This document shows, in pieces, positions 14,750 to 23,359 of a stretch of 52,266 bases of DNA (its first letter is position 1; every line of letters starts with the position of its first letter). The stretch spans positions 1 to 52,266 of the forward strand of contig JBMSQQ010000008.1 in NCBI GenBank assembly GCA_049423385.1, read 5' to 3'. The position numbers were made by a program, and so were the translations under genes. The stretch is from Silvanigrellaceae bacterium. Its GTDB lineage: Bacteria; Bdellovibrionota_B; Oligoflexia; Silvanigrellales; Silvanigrellaceae. The notes under the pieces were generated by a model. That model was not told where the DNA came from. It did no database searches and saw only the letters and a list, made by a program, of their open reading frames with translations.

Positions 14750-15807
14750 TCCGGCGACCTCAGGGCGTAAGCAAATGGAGTGAAGTTGTACGTGCCGTAT
14801 CCAAAGATGTTGCGTTCGTGGATGAAGTCCTGATTGTCTATCACCCAGCCAATGCCCGCCTTTTGATTGGACCAGCCGTAAAACATGTACGTATGTGCAG
14901 GATATCCCGGGTATCGGGCATCGTCCTCTGTCAGGACAACGTCACCGGGCTGCAAATTGTTCGCGGAGGTGATCTTTGTCCAACCCAGGCGCGATTGCAG
15001 AAATGCCGAGAAAGGGCGGGTGACAAGCGAGACCGAATCACCCTCGATATATTCAGACAACGGCACCTGTGTTCCCGACATGCGCAAGGCCGTGCTCATG
15101 AATGCGACACATCCATTCCTGCGACCCGCCGGATAAAACCTCAATACCTCTTGGAAAACGTCGTCATAGTTGGTGCGAACTTTATAGAAATCGAGAAGTC
15201 GCCGGTTTGCGGCACCACCAAGCATGCGCACCGGCAAAAACGAGGCAGCCCATCGCATCGAGTCGCAGACAGTTCCACCTCCGCGCCGCCGGCACTCATC
15301 AACGTCCCGCACCTTGAAGGGGCCGTGAACTTCGCCAGAATCGATGCAACCTGCTCTTGAAACATCGTACGAAGATCCTCGTGGACACTGCCCATCGAGC
15401 CTCAAACGCGCTGCGAAACTTCTCTCCCAGCGCGCACTTTCACAGGCAGATTCTCCGCCTCCATATTTTTTGCAAAGTGAAATCATCGTGCGTGTAAACG
15501 GGCCAAACGCCTGCTTTTCATTCACGCACATTTTGTCGGTGGGCGAATACCAACTCCCGGATGGACAATAAATGGCGTCGGGATTGGTTTTCGCGGTGGC
15601 CGACACTTGCGCGCCTGCACTCGAAATTCCTGCAGGAACATTCGCAGAACCTCCTTGTTGCGCAGTTGCAGGAGAGTCTGTTGATTCGGGTGTCTGAAGA
15701 ACTTGCTTTGCGCCGTCCGAAACAAGATTTCCAGGCAATCTGGGCTGGAGATCGCCACAGCCGGTCAAAACGGTTGCAAGAAAAACAACGGAAAGGATAC
15801 GCCTCAT
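14746..15807 (-). CDS. Lipoprotein with two Cys-rich repeats and C-terminal papain-like (NlpC/CHAP-superfamily) putative peptidoglycan amidase domain
   Basis: Start ATG 15807, MRRILSVVFLATVLTG-C lipobox; low-complexity linker; two CP..C..GPF..C..GGG..C..RW repeats; NGCVAFMSTAL (Cys), LQPGDVVLT, PAHTY (His), IDNQ. Confidence 0.65.
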   Translation of the reverse strand: MRRILSVVFLATVLTGCGDLQPRLPGNLVSDGAKQVLQTPESTDSPATAQQGGSANVPAGISSAGAQVSATAKTNPDAIYCPSGSWYSPTDKMCVNEKQAFGPFTRTMISLCKKYGGGESACESARWERSFAARLRLDGQCPRGSSYDVSRAGCIDSGEVHGPFKVRDVDECRRRGGGTVCDSMRWAASFLPVRMLGGAANRRLLDFYKVRTNYDDVFQEVLRFYPAGRRNGCVAFMSTALRMSGTQVPLSEYIEGDSVSLVTRPFSAFLQSRLGWTKITSANNLQPGDVVLTEDDARYPGYPAHTYMFYGWSNQKAGIGWVIDNQDFIHERNIFGYGTYNFTPFAYALRSPE

Positions 15808-16051
15808 CGATCGACCCCCCAGTTCCAATGGGAGGAAGTGCATTTCATGCAAACTTCCCCACGTTTTTTCTACGAACCTGGGGTCAATTTACGTCGAAGA
15901 TTCAGCACAAAAAGAACTTCGTCTTTGCCTTGACTGGGCAAAAACAGCAGCCATTTTCAACAACAAGTAAAATTTTCTTGAATTCAGGAATGTTCGACAG
16001 TCGCGTCGATTGAACAATAACGTCGATTTTTTTTATTTGACGCAATCGAAC

Positions 16052-16088
16052 GGAATTGCAGTTGTCGTTGCAAGACAACCACAATTCC
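16052..16088. terminator. Imperfect hairpin downstream of aspA, possible terminator or RNA-stabilising stem
   Basis: GGAATTG-CA-GTTGTC...GACAAC-CA-CAATTCC inverted repeat ~40 bp after the aspA stop; no strong U-tract. Confidence 0.35.
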
Positions 16089-16129
16089 CATTCAACATAT
16101 TCAAAGCAATTGAAGAAAGAACCAAGAAC

Positions 16130-17977
16130 TCAAACGGATAGCATGTTCTCGGGGCGAAGAATTTCCTCGAGTTTTTCTCTGCTCATGAGTTTATGCTCGA
16201 GAACGAGATCAAAAACGCTGCGACCGGTTTCCAATGCCTCTTTGGCAACGCGCGTCGAATTTTCGTAACCGATGTGTGGATTCAATGCAGTGACAAGACC
16301 AATACTGTTTTCCACATAGCGCCGGCAAACTTCGGGATTCGCGGTGATTCCCGAAACGCAAAGTCGCGACAGGGTCTTGATGGCTCTTGGCAACATCTGC
16401 ATCGACTGGAACAGGTTGAACACAATTACAGGTTCCATCACGTTCAACTGCAATTGACCCGCTTCTGCCGCAAGGGTGATGGTCAAGTCGTTGCCGATCA
16501 CCTGAAAGGCGACCTGATTCACCACTTCAGGAATCACGGGATTCACCTTGCCTGGCATGATGCTCGACCCAGGCTGCATGGGTGGCAGATTGATTTCGCC
16601 GAACCCGCAGCGGGGACCACTCGAAAGCAATCTGAGGTCATTGCAGATCTTGCTCAACTTGGTTGCGAGACGCTTCAGAATTCCAGAGAACAAAACGAAT
16701 GAACCAGTGTCTGGTGTCGCCTCGATGAGGTTTGCCGAACTCACAAGTTTCATGCCCGTGATCTTGTTCAAGTGAGCCAGAGCTTTGGAACGATATTCCG
16801 GATGCGCGGTGATTCCCGTGCCAATAGCCGTTCCGCCAAGGTTGACCTCAAGGAACAAACGCGCCGCATCCTGCAGGCGCATGATGTCTTCCTCAAGATT
16901 CACGCGAAACGCTTCGAACTCCTGTCCGAGTGTCATGGGCACAGCATCCTGCAATTGCGTGCGTCCCATCTTGATGACGGAGTTGAATTCCTTCGCTTTC
17001 AATCCGAAAGCGGAGCAAAGTTCTGCAAGGGCTTCAGTGAGCGTTGGAAGGGAATGCAGAATTGCAACCCGAACGGCCGTGGGATAGGCGTCGTTGGTGG
17101 ATTGTCCAAGGTTCACGTGATTGTTGGGGTGAATGCGCTTGTAATCGCCCTTTTGAAAACCCGCGAGTTCGAGCGCGCGATTGGCGATCACTTCGTTGGC
17201 ATTCATGTTCGTTGAAGTTCCGGCCCCGCCCTGAATGACGTCGACGACAAATTGTTCGTGCCAATGTCCCGCAACAATCTCGTCGCAAGCCTGGCACACC
17301 GGAGCACACACTTCCGCAGGCAACAGGCCAAGATCCTTGTTGGCCAGAGCAGCTGCTTTTTTAACTTCGGCAAGAGCACGGATGAGGGCAGGAAACGACC
17401 GCAAGGTCACACCCGTGATGTTGAAATTTTCTCGCGCACGCAGGGTCTGCACCCCAAAGTAGGCTTCGAACGGAACATCGCGATCGCCCAGAAGATCATG
17501 CTCGGTTCGGCATTTTCCCGAGCTGTATACCGAAGAGAGCAGGCCACGGTCGCCAGCCCCTTGAACGCGACTGAAAACGTAACAAGCAGTGTTGTGCTGT
17601 ATCTTGCCGGCAAGAGGAGGATGTTCGGCCTGCATTTTTGCAAAAGATTCGCGACGCAACAGCAGGAATTCAACATCCGTCAGTGCGTGGCAAGTCGCCT
17701 GATGCAGCGTGCCTTCCTTGAGCAGCGATGCCTCGCCCATGAATTGACCGGGTCCATAAAGGGTCGTCGACTCGTCCCAATCAGCCCTGCCCTGCTGGAC
17801 TTGTAGCTCGACCCGGCCCGAAACGATGATGCGTAAACGGTCGCGAACATCACCGGGAGCATAAATGATGTCGCCGGCTTTGGAGGATGATTTTTGCAGG
17901 TAACCTTTCAGGACCTTCAATTCGCCAGGGGTGATTTCGGCAAAAATCGGCAAACCGGACAGAACAGTATCGGGCAT
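16130..17977 (-). CDS. aspA: Aspartate ammonia-lyase with N-terminal cyclic-nucleotide-binding domain
   Basis: aa ~1-140 Crp-like cNMP fold (LPIFAEI...GDIIYAPGD...IIVSGRVEL...GPGQFMGEASLL); then RTEHDLLG, QGGAGTSTNMNANEVIAN, HPNNHVNLGQSTNDAYPT, KMGRTQLQDAVP, GSSIMPGKVNPVIPE, GQLQLNVMEP. Confidence 0.93.
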   Translation of the reverse strand: MPDTVLSGLPIFAEITPGELKVLKGYLQKSSSKAGDIIYAPGDVRDRLRIIVSGRVELQVQQGRADWDESTTLYGPGQFMGEASLLKEGTLHQATCHALTDVEFLLLRRESFAKMQAEHPPLAGKIQHNTACYVFSRVQGAGDRGLLSSVYSSGKCRTEHDLLGDRDVPFEAYFGVQTLRARENFNITGVTLRSFPALIRALAEVKKAAALANKDLGLLPAEVCAPVCQACDEIVAGHWHEQFVVDVIQGGAGTSTNMNANEVIANRALELAGFQKGDYKRIHPNNHVNLGQSTNDAYPTAVRVAILHSLPTLTEALAELCSAFGLKAKEFNSVIKMGRTQLQDAVPMTLGQEFEAFRVNLEEDIMRLQDAARLFLEVNLGGTAIGTGITAHPEYRSKALAHLNKITGMKLVSSANLIEATPDTGSFVLFSGILKRLATKLSKICNDLRLLSSGPRCGFGEINLPPMQPGSSIMPGKVNPVIPEVVNQVAFQVIGNDLTITLAAEAGQLQLNVMEPVIVFNLFQSMQMLPRAIKTLSRLCVSGITANPEVCRRYVENSIGLVTALNPHIGYENSTRVAKEALETGRSVFDLVLEHKLMSREKLEEILRPENMLSV

Positions 17978-18008
17978 GTTTCAGTCTCCACAGGGAAGAC
18001 TGACATTC

Positions 18009-18878
18009 CTACACAGATTCAGCTGTCTGAACAAGTTTGATGAACGCTCTGAGAGACGCATCAAGTTCGCTGGTCACTTCGGTGAACTGGAATCCAATAC
18101 GGAAGAAATTCTCACGCATCTGCATGTCATCGGAACTGGGCAAAACCTTGAGGCGGGTCGCGATAATCCGCTGAAAATCATCAAAGCTGCCCGACAACAC
18201 GGCTGCAGTGGTTTTTTTGGTCCAGCGGACCGAAACCCTCACAGGCAATGGAGCTGTGCTTGGCAGATACAGGTGGGCATTCAATTCGTCTTCGTCTGCG
18301 CGAAACAAGTCCGCCACGGCACCATATCGGGTGAAACATGCCACGCCGCCAAGACTGACATCGTCGATCCGGACGCGCGGCGCACTTGCGACTTCATCCC
18401 GCAAAAAGCGCGGAACAAACGGAGCATCGAATCGCTCAAGTTCGATTTTTCGATCCACGAACTCAAGAAACGCAGCGCACGGAATTGGCACCCTGAAACG
18501 CGCGTTGGCGCGCCGTTCGAGCGCAACCAGCTTGTCGGGCAATGCGAGCAGTATTTTGCCGGGAATCCGCTGCTTGATTTTGGTTACAAAAATGATTTTT
18601 TTCGAGAGGAGGATGAACTCGATGCGCACGAGCCGATAGGGAGCCAGCAGCTCATCGCCCGCAGCAGAAATTCCAGAGACAACCAACGAGCCCTCGCTCG
18701 AAAGAAGATCTTCCACGACACCGCGGACAAGTTTTCCATCATTCGAGTATTTGATGAGGACCTGAGTCTTGCGCCTGTTCACTTCACGCAGAATTTCGAG
18801 CACCTGTTCAGGGCGCGAAAACGCGATCGCTTTTTCCTTGTTGGCAGATTTGTCCTGCCCCACTGCAGCATTGGCCAC
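18009..18878 (-). CDS. YcgR/PilZ-like c-di-GMP-binding protein
   Basis: GTG 18878 with GGAGG RBS; ERRANARF (RxxxR) and DDVSLGGVA (DxSxGG) motifs; C-terminal RIGFQF; YcgR-like N-domain. Confidence 0.75.
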   Translation of the reverse strand: MANAAVGQDKSANKEKAIAFSRPEQVLEILREVNRRKTQVLIKYSNDGKLVRGVVEDLLSSEGSLVVSGISAAGDELLAPYRLVRIEFILLSKKIIFVTKIKQRIPGKILLALPDKLVALERRANARFRVPIPCAAFLEFVDRKIELERFDAPFVPRFLRDEVASAPRVRIDDVSLGGVACFTRYGAVADLFRADEDELNAHLYLPSTAPLPVRVSVRWTKKTTAAVLSGSFDDFQRIIATRLKVLPSSDDMQMRENFFRIGFQFTEVTSELDASLRAFIKLVQTAESV

Positions 18879-18898
18879 CCGAAGGCCCTCCCGTTGCC

Positions 18899-20509
18899 TC
18901 AATGTTCGCAGGAGGTTAGCAAATCTGCAAGCCCAACACCGTTGAGGAGTGCCGTCACAATTCCGTGGGATGGCCGGATGTGTGCACCACAAAGATACAA
19001 TCCATCCTCACCTGTCCAGGCTGAGGGTCGCTTCCAGAGCAAGTCGGAAACCGTTGGCGCGTATCCGTATCCATTGAGAGTCAAGGAGTTCAAATACCTT
19101 CGATGAGTCAGCGGAGAGCCCAGTTCCATCCACACCAGCTCGCCCTCGAGCTGGGGCCAGCAGGCGACGATCCGCTGCGTCAAATTTTTGAGAACCCGTT
19201 CCTTCAGGACACGATATTGCCGCCCGTAGCCACCCTTGCTTTCAGGAAGTCTATATTGATCCGGATCTTCTCCTCCCCAAATTTCTGCCGACGGGGGACA
19301 CAGGAACATCGCCTGAAAAACACCCTCGGCGCCCAGTTTGTTACCTTGCTGAATCGCGTCCGGATCGCGCAGCGAACCCATGGAAAGATAAAGCGGTGAA
19401 GCCTGGGCGAGCTCCTGGGGATCCTGAACCCTGTAGCAAGCTTCGGAATCGAGGCTGCCCATCAACCAATAATTCCTGTTGCCAAAGCCATACTCGTTCA
19501 ACGGCTTCCGGGTTGCGAAATAGCCAACAACCAAAGCATGTGGAGCTTCTGCCCGGGCGAGTTTTTCGTTCATGAAGACCGACAACTTCACCCCTCTTGA
19601 CGCATGAGCCATGGCTCTCGGATCAGGAGTCCACACAAGGTTCTTTGCGTAAAGGCATTCACCATCCGGCAGCGACAATCGCCAACGCACATCCGCGCCC
19701 AAGCCAGATGCATCGTGAACACGTTCAAACATTGCATCGACTCCCGAACGATAGTGCACTTCGGGATGCATGAGTGCGGCAATCATGGCTCGCCCACCAC
19801 CCCTGACAAAACCTGCGTGTTCAAAATAGTAACGTTGAACCGTCATGTGCAAAAAGGCGCTCACCCGTGAAGGTGGAACACCAATGAGAACATGATGCAC
19901 CGCGAGTATTTCGCGCAGGCGCGGTTCCATTCGACATGCATCGAAAACATCCGAGAGTGTACTGGTGGCGAGAAACAACAATTTGCCTTTGACCGGCTGC
20001 GCCATCGCAATCCGCAGAACGTCCCTGATCTTGACGGGGAACTTCAGGTTTTTTGCAACCTCCCAGACGAGTTCCAGCAACTCGAAATATTTTTCAATCG
20101 CTTGTCGCTGTTCTGGAAAATCCTGCTTGAGTCGAGCGGAAAACTCATTCAGTGGACTTTGATAGGAAATACTTCGACCAGCCTCGAAGTGCTGACTTTC
20201 CGGCGCATCAAAAATCAATGTTTCGAATTCGTTGTCGAGAGGAATCTGTTCGAGATTGATTCCGAGTTTTTCAAGCGATGCGGAAAAATGACTGCCCGGC
20301 CGGGTGTCTGCAATATAGTGCAGACCAACTTCGAAAGTGGCGCCCGAGCGTTCGAATGGCAACAAATGGCCACCCAACTCTTTCGCCTTTTCCACAACAA
20401 CCACTTTTTGCCCTCTGACAGCGAGTCGACGCGCACACGACAAACCTGCAAGACCACTCCCAAAAACGGCTACATCAAAGAGTTGATGGCGGGCATCCGA
20501 ACTGCGCAT
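18899..20509 (-). CDS. FAD-dependent oxidoreductase, phytoene desaturase/retinol-saturase family
   Basis: GSGLAGLSCA...VVVVEK..LGG...FEVGLHY; C-terminal ELGSPLTHRRYL...GYGY...GLYLCGA..PSHG. Confidence 0.8.
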   Translation of the reverse strand: MRSSDARHQLFDVAVFGSGLAGLSCARRLAVRGQKVVVVEKAKELGGHLLPFERSGATFEVGLHYIADTRPGSHFSASLEKLGINLEQIPLDNEFETLIFDAPESQHFEAGRSISYQSPLNEFSARLKQDFPEQRQAIEKYFELLELVWEVAKNLKFPVKIRDVLRIAMAQPVKGKLLFLATSTLSDVFDACRMEPRLREILAVHHVLIGVPPSRVSAFLHMTVQRYYFEHAGFVRGGGRAMIAALMHPEVHYRSGVDAMFERVHDASGLGADVRWRLSLPDGECLYAKNLVWTPDPRAMAHASRGVKLSVFMNEKLARAEAPHALVVGYFATRKPLNEYGFGNRNYWLMGSLDSEACYRVQDPQELAQASPLYLSMGSLRDPDAIQQGNKLGAEGVFQAMFLCPPSAEIWGGEDPDQYRLPESKGGYGRQYRVLKERVLKNLTQRIVACWPQLEGELVWMELGSPLTHRRYLNSLTLNGYGYAPTVSDLLWKRPSAWTGEDGLYLCGAHIRPSHGIVTALLNGVGLADLLTSCEH

Positions 20510-20532
20510 GGCAAAGTGAACCTTTCTGTCCT

Positions 20533-21483
20533 ATGGTTGGAGTCGAATTCAACGGCAAAGGCAACGCATTGTCAAAGCAGAGGCTGGTTTCAAAACAGGT
20601 CATCGACATCTGGCATTCCGTGCTGGCACCGGAAAGCAACCCGGTGCATCGCCTTGCAATCATCGCATTGGCTGCCGGACTTCATTCATTGCCATTTTTT
20701 GTGCCGCTGTCATGGCTTCAAAGCTCCAGGGAATCATCACCGAGAGCAAATTCGGTTGTGGTGCGTCTCAATCCACCAAAATCAATTTCAAACCAGGAAG
20801 CTGCCACCCAACAAAAATTTCCGGACAAAAGAAAATCTCCGCAAAAAGAGATTGCAAAAAAAATTCTCACTTCGATTGATCCGTCCGAAGAACTCAACGA
20901 CGAGACCCCACGTATTCCGCAGCCTGAAAAGAACAAGGAGAACACTCCACCACTCGTCGAGGCAAAAAAGCCATCCGCGCTTCCGGAAGAGCGCACGAGC
21001 CCTTTGTATCCAGCAGGGAAAGATGATTTCATCGCCAAACAGCGAAATCTGGGCGAAACTCTTGGCGCAGGCGCGATTGCCGGGGACATTGATATTCCCG
21101 ACGTTGTCTCGGACAAGGACTCCAAGGAGCCCATCAACCGAACCGAGTACACGTTTGCTGGATACTTCGACAGCCTGAGCCGGCGGTTCGTGGAAGCCTG
21201 GGGTGGAGTGCGAACACTGCCTCCTCAGTCCCGTTTTGAGGGAAAACTTGGCGAATTCATCGAATACGACATCGTCATCAACCGCGATGGAACATTACGA
21301 AAAATCGTAAACATCTCCGCAAAAAGAGAACCATATCGGGATTTTGCGGCCGTAGACGATCTCGTCCAGACCGTGTTCAAAACCATGTTCCCTTTCCAGC
21401 CCGTTCCTGCCCGAATTCGCAACGATCCACTCGTGGTGCGCAAGCGCATTCAGTTCGTTGGTTTCAAATACACGCTATATTAG
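20533..21483 (+). CDS. TonB/TolA-like protein (membrane anchor, Pro/Lys-rich linker, TonB-C-like domain); start uncertain
   Basis: Hydrophobic AIIALAAGLHSLPFF segment with His; P/K/E-rich linker; C-terminal YTFAGYFDSLSRRF..W...IVINRDGTL...FPFQPVP. Confidence 0.55.
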   Translation: MVGVEFNGKGNALSKQRLVSKQVIDIWHSVLAPESNPVHRLAIIALAAGLHSLPFFVPLSWLQSSRESSPRANSVVVRLNPPKSISNQEAATQQKFPDKRKSPQKEIAKKILTSIDPSEELNDETPRIPQPEKNKENTPPLVEAKKPSALPEERTSPLYPAGKDDFIAKQRNLGETLGAGAIAGDIDIPDVVSDKDSKEPINRTEYTFAGYFDSLSRRFVEAWGGVRTLPPQSRFEGKLGEFIEYDIVINRDGTLRKIVNISAKREPYRDFAAVDDLVQTVFKTMFPFQPVPARIRNDPLVVRKRIQFVGFKYTLY

Positions 21484-21493
21484 GGCCGGGTCC

Positions 21494-21524
21494 TTGTACT
21501 TTCCCCTCCCTTTTGTGCTACAAC
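21494..21524 (+). promoter_or_regulatory. Possible extended -10 sigma70 promoter for mreB
   Basis: TGcTACAAC at 21516-21524, TTGTAC at 21494-21499 (long spacer). Confidence 0.3.
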
Positions 21525-21578
21525 GGATGAGCTTTAAAACTATTTCCAAAAAACACACCATTGCCTTCGGAGGGGTGG

Positions 21579-22607
21579 ATGTTCGACTGGTTTCTGCGTC
21601 TGTTGTCTCATGATCTTGCGATTGACCTGGGTACTGCCAACACCCTTGTGTACGTAAAAGGCAAGGGCATTGTTGCGAACGAACCCTCTGTCGTTGCGGT
21701 GCAACGAGACAGCCGGGGCCTGCGTACGGTGAAGGCTGTGGGCCGCGCCGCCAAGGAAATGCTTGGACGTACACCCGGAACGATTGAAGCTGTGCGTCCC
21801 ATGAAGGACGGCGTGATTGCCGACTTCGAATTGACAGAGAAAATGCTCAGCTACTTTATTGGTGTTGCGCACAACCACCGTTCGCTGGTGCGTCCTCGTG
21901 CCGTCATCTGCATTCCTTATGGAATCACGGAAGTTGAAAAACGTGCGGTTCGGGAGTCAGCCGAAAGTGCAGGATGCGCCTCGGTCTTCTTGATCGAAGA
22001 ACCCATGGCTGCTGCCATTGGTGCAGACCTTCCGATTCACGAAGCCAGCGGAAACATGATCGTCGATATCGGCGGCGGCACAACAGAAGTTGCAGTCATC
22101 TCGCTCCTCGGTATCGTGTACTCGAAGTCGGTTCGCGTGGGTGGTGACAAGATGGACGAAGCCATCGTCAACTACCTCAAGCGCCGCTTCAATGTGTTGA
22201 TTGGTGAAAGAACCGCAGAGCAAATCAAGATTGCCATTGGCTCCGCTTATCCGGAAGAAGAAATCCGGACGATGCAGGTCAAGGGTCGTGACCTTGTTGC
22301 AGGTATTCCAAAAACCATCGAAGTCACGAGCGAAGAAATCCGCGAAGCAATGCAGGAGCCCATCAACGCAATTGTTGAAGCTGTGCGATTGGCCCTCGAA
22401 AAGACTCCGCCGGAACTGGCTGCCGACATTGTCGACAAGGGCATTGTCCTCGTGGGTGGTGGTGCATTGATTCGCAACCTCGACATCCTTCTCCGCGAAG
22501 AAACAGGCTTGCCAATTCTGGTTGCCGAGAATCCGCTGACAGCTGTCGTGATGGGCTCGGGTCGTGTGCTCGACAATCCCGATCTGCTGCGTGAGGTCAC
22601 GTTCTAA
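21579..22607 (+). CDS. mreB: Rod shape-determining actin-like protein MreB
   Basis: [77 protein letters not shown] before ATG 21579. Confidence 0.97.
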   Translation: MFDWFLRLLSHDLAIDLGTANTLVYVKGKGIVANEPSVVAVQRDSRGLRTVKAVGRAAKEMLGRTPGTIEAVRPMKDGVIADFELTEKMLSYFIGVAHNHRSLVRPRAVICIPYGITEVEKRAVRESAESAGCASVFLIEEPMAAAIGADLPIHEASGNMIVDIGGGTTEVAVISLLGIVYSKSVRVGGDKMDEAIVNYLKRRFNVLIGERTAEQIKIAIGSAYPEEEIRTMQVKGRDLVAGIPKTIEVTSEEIREAMQEPINAIVEAVRLALEKTPPELAADIVDKGIVLVGGGALIRNLDILLREETGLPILVAENPLTAVVMGSGRVLDNPDLLREVTF

Positions 22608-22637
22608 GACGCAATTCCATTTACGCTGGACGAAAAG

Positions 22638-22680
22638 AAACCGACCGAGCTCAAACACATAAGGCTGCGGTCGGTTTTTT
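22638..22680 (+). terminator. Intrinsic terminator after mreB
   Basis: AAACCGACCG-AGC...GCT-G-CGGTCGGTTTTTT stem followed by a T-run. Confidence 0.7.
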
Positions 22681-22754
22681 GTTGACTCGGTGATCAAGCG
22701 ATTCCAAACGGGGCGAGCCACACCTTTTCGATCAAACAACGCCAGTTTTTAATT

Positions 22755-23327
22755 TTATTTTTGCCCGACGGGAGCAACGCAAAATTCAACGAATCGATTG
22801 AAGTCCCAACTGGCGAATTCATCATCCAACAGTTCGCGACTCCTGCTGAGAGGATCAAAACAGACCGGGAATGTGCCGTTGGGTTTCACGTCGCCCGGAT
22901 AGCTGTACGTCAGGGTCAAAACCGGTTCACCCGTGTAAAGACTCCGATACAATCGCAAAACAAATTTGCCGTGATCATAACCGTCGCCCCGGGTCACGGC
23001 CGCATCGAGACACTCATTCACTCCACACGTCTTGTATCCGGCCAAGCGCATTTTCTCATTTTGTTCGTTGCAATAATCCCTGAGCTTCAGCGCAGACTCC
23101 AGAAGCACCTTGTTCAAGGAATCGGTCATGGCCTGACACTTCAGCGGTACACCCAGGGGCCAACCCACTGGTGGGAATTCCCCCAGGTCGGCAGCCGTGC
23201 CATTCCCCTTTGTCTGGGCAACAGCGACCGGAACGAACGCGTTTGAAAGGCAACAGCCCAACAACCAACAAAACAGTTGGCACCAAACAATCTTGGCTTG
23301 CCTTTCGAAACGCAGGGCAGAAATCAT
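22755..23327 (-). CDS. Hypothetical secreted Cys-rich protein (paralog of the upstream gene)
   Basis: 190 aa; signal-like N-terminus ending AVA-Q; VPLKC...YCNEQNEK..AGYKTC..EC; ATG overlaps no other credible gene. Confidence 0.65.
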   Translation of the reverse strand: MISALRFERQAKIVWCQLFCWLLGCCLSNAFVPVAVAQTKGNGTAADLGEFPPVGWPLGVPLKCQAMTDSLNKVLLESALKLRDYCNEQNEKMRLAGYKTCGVNECLDAAVTRGDGYDHGKFVLRLYRSLYTGEPVLTLTYSYPGDVKPNGTFPVCFDPLSRSRELLDDEFASWDFNRFVEFCVAPVGQK

Positions 23328-23359
23328 GTCAATTCACCCAAAGCATTGCAGGGAAAAAT

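Noticed and set aside
17931..21178. Long + strand ORFs 17931-19106 (391 aa) and 19892-21178 (428 aa)
   Set aside because: They overlap well-supported genes on the opposite strand or in another frame and have no motifs.
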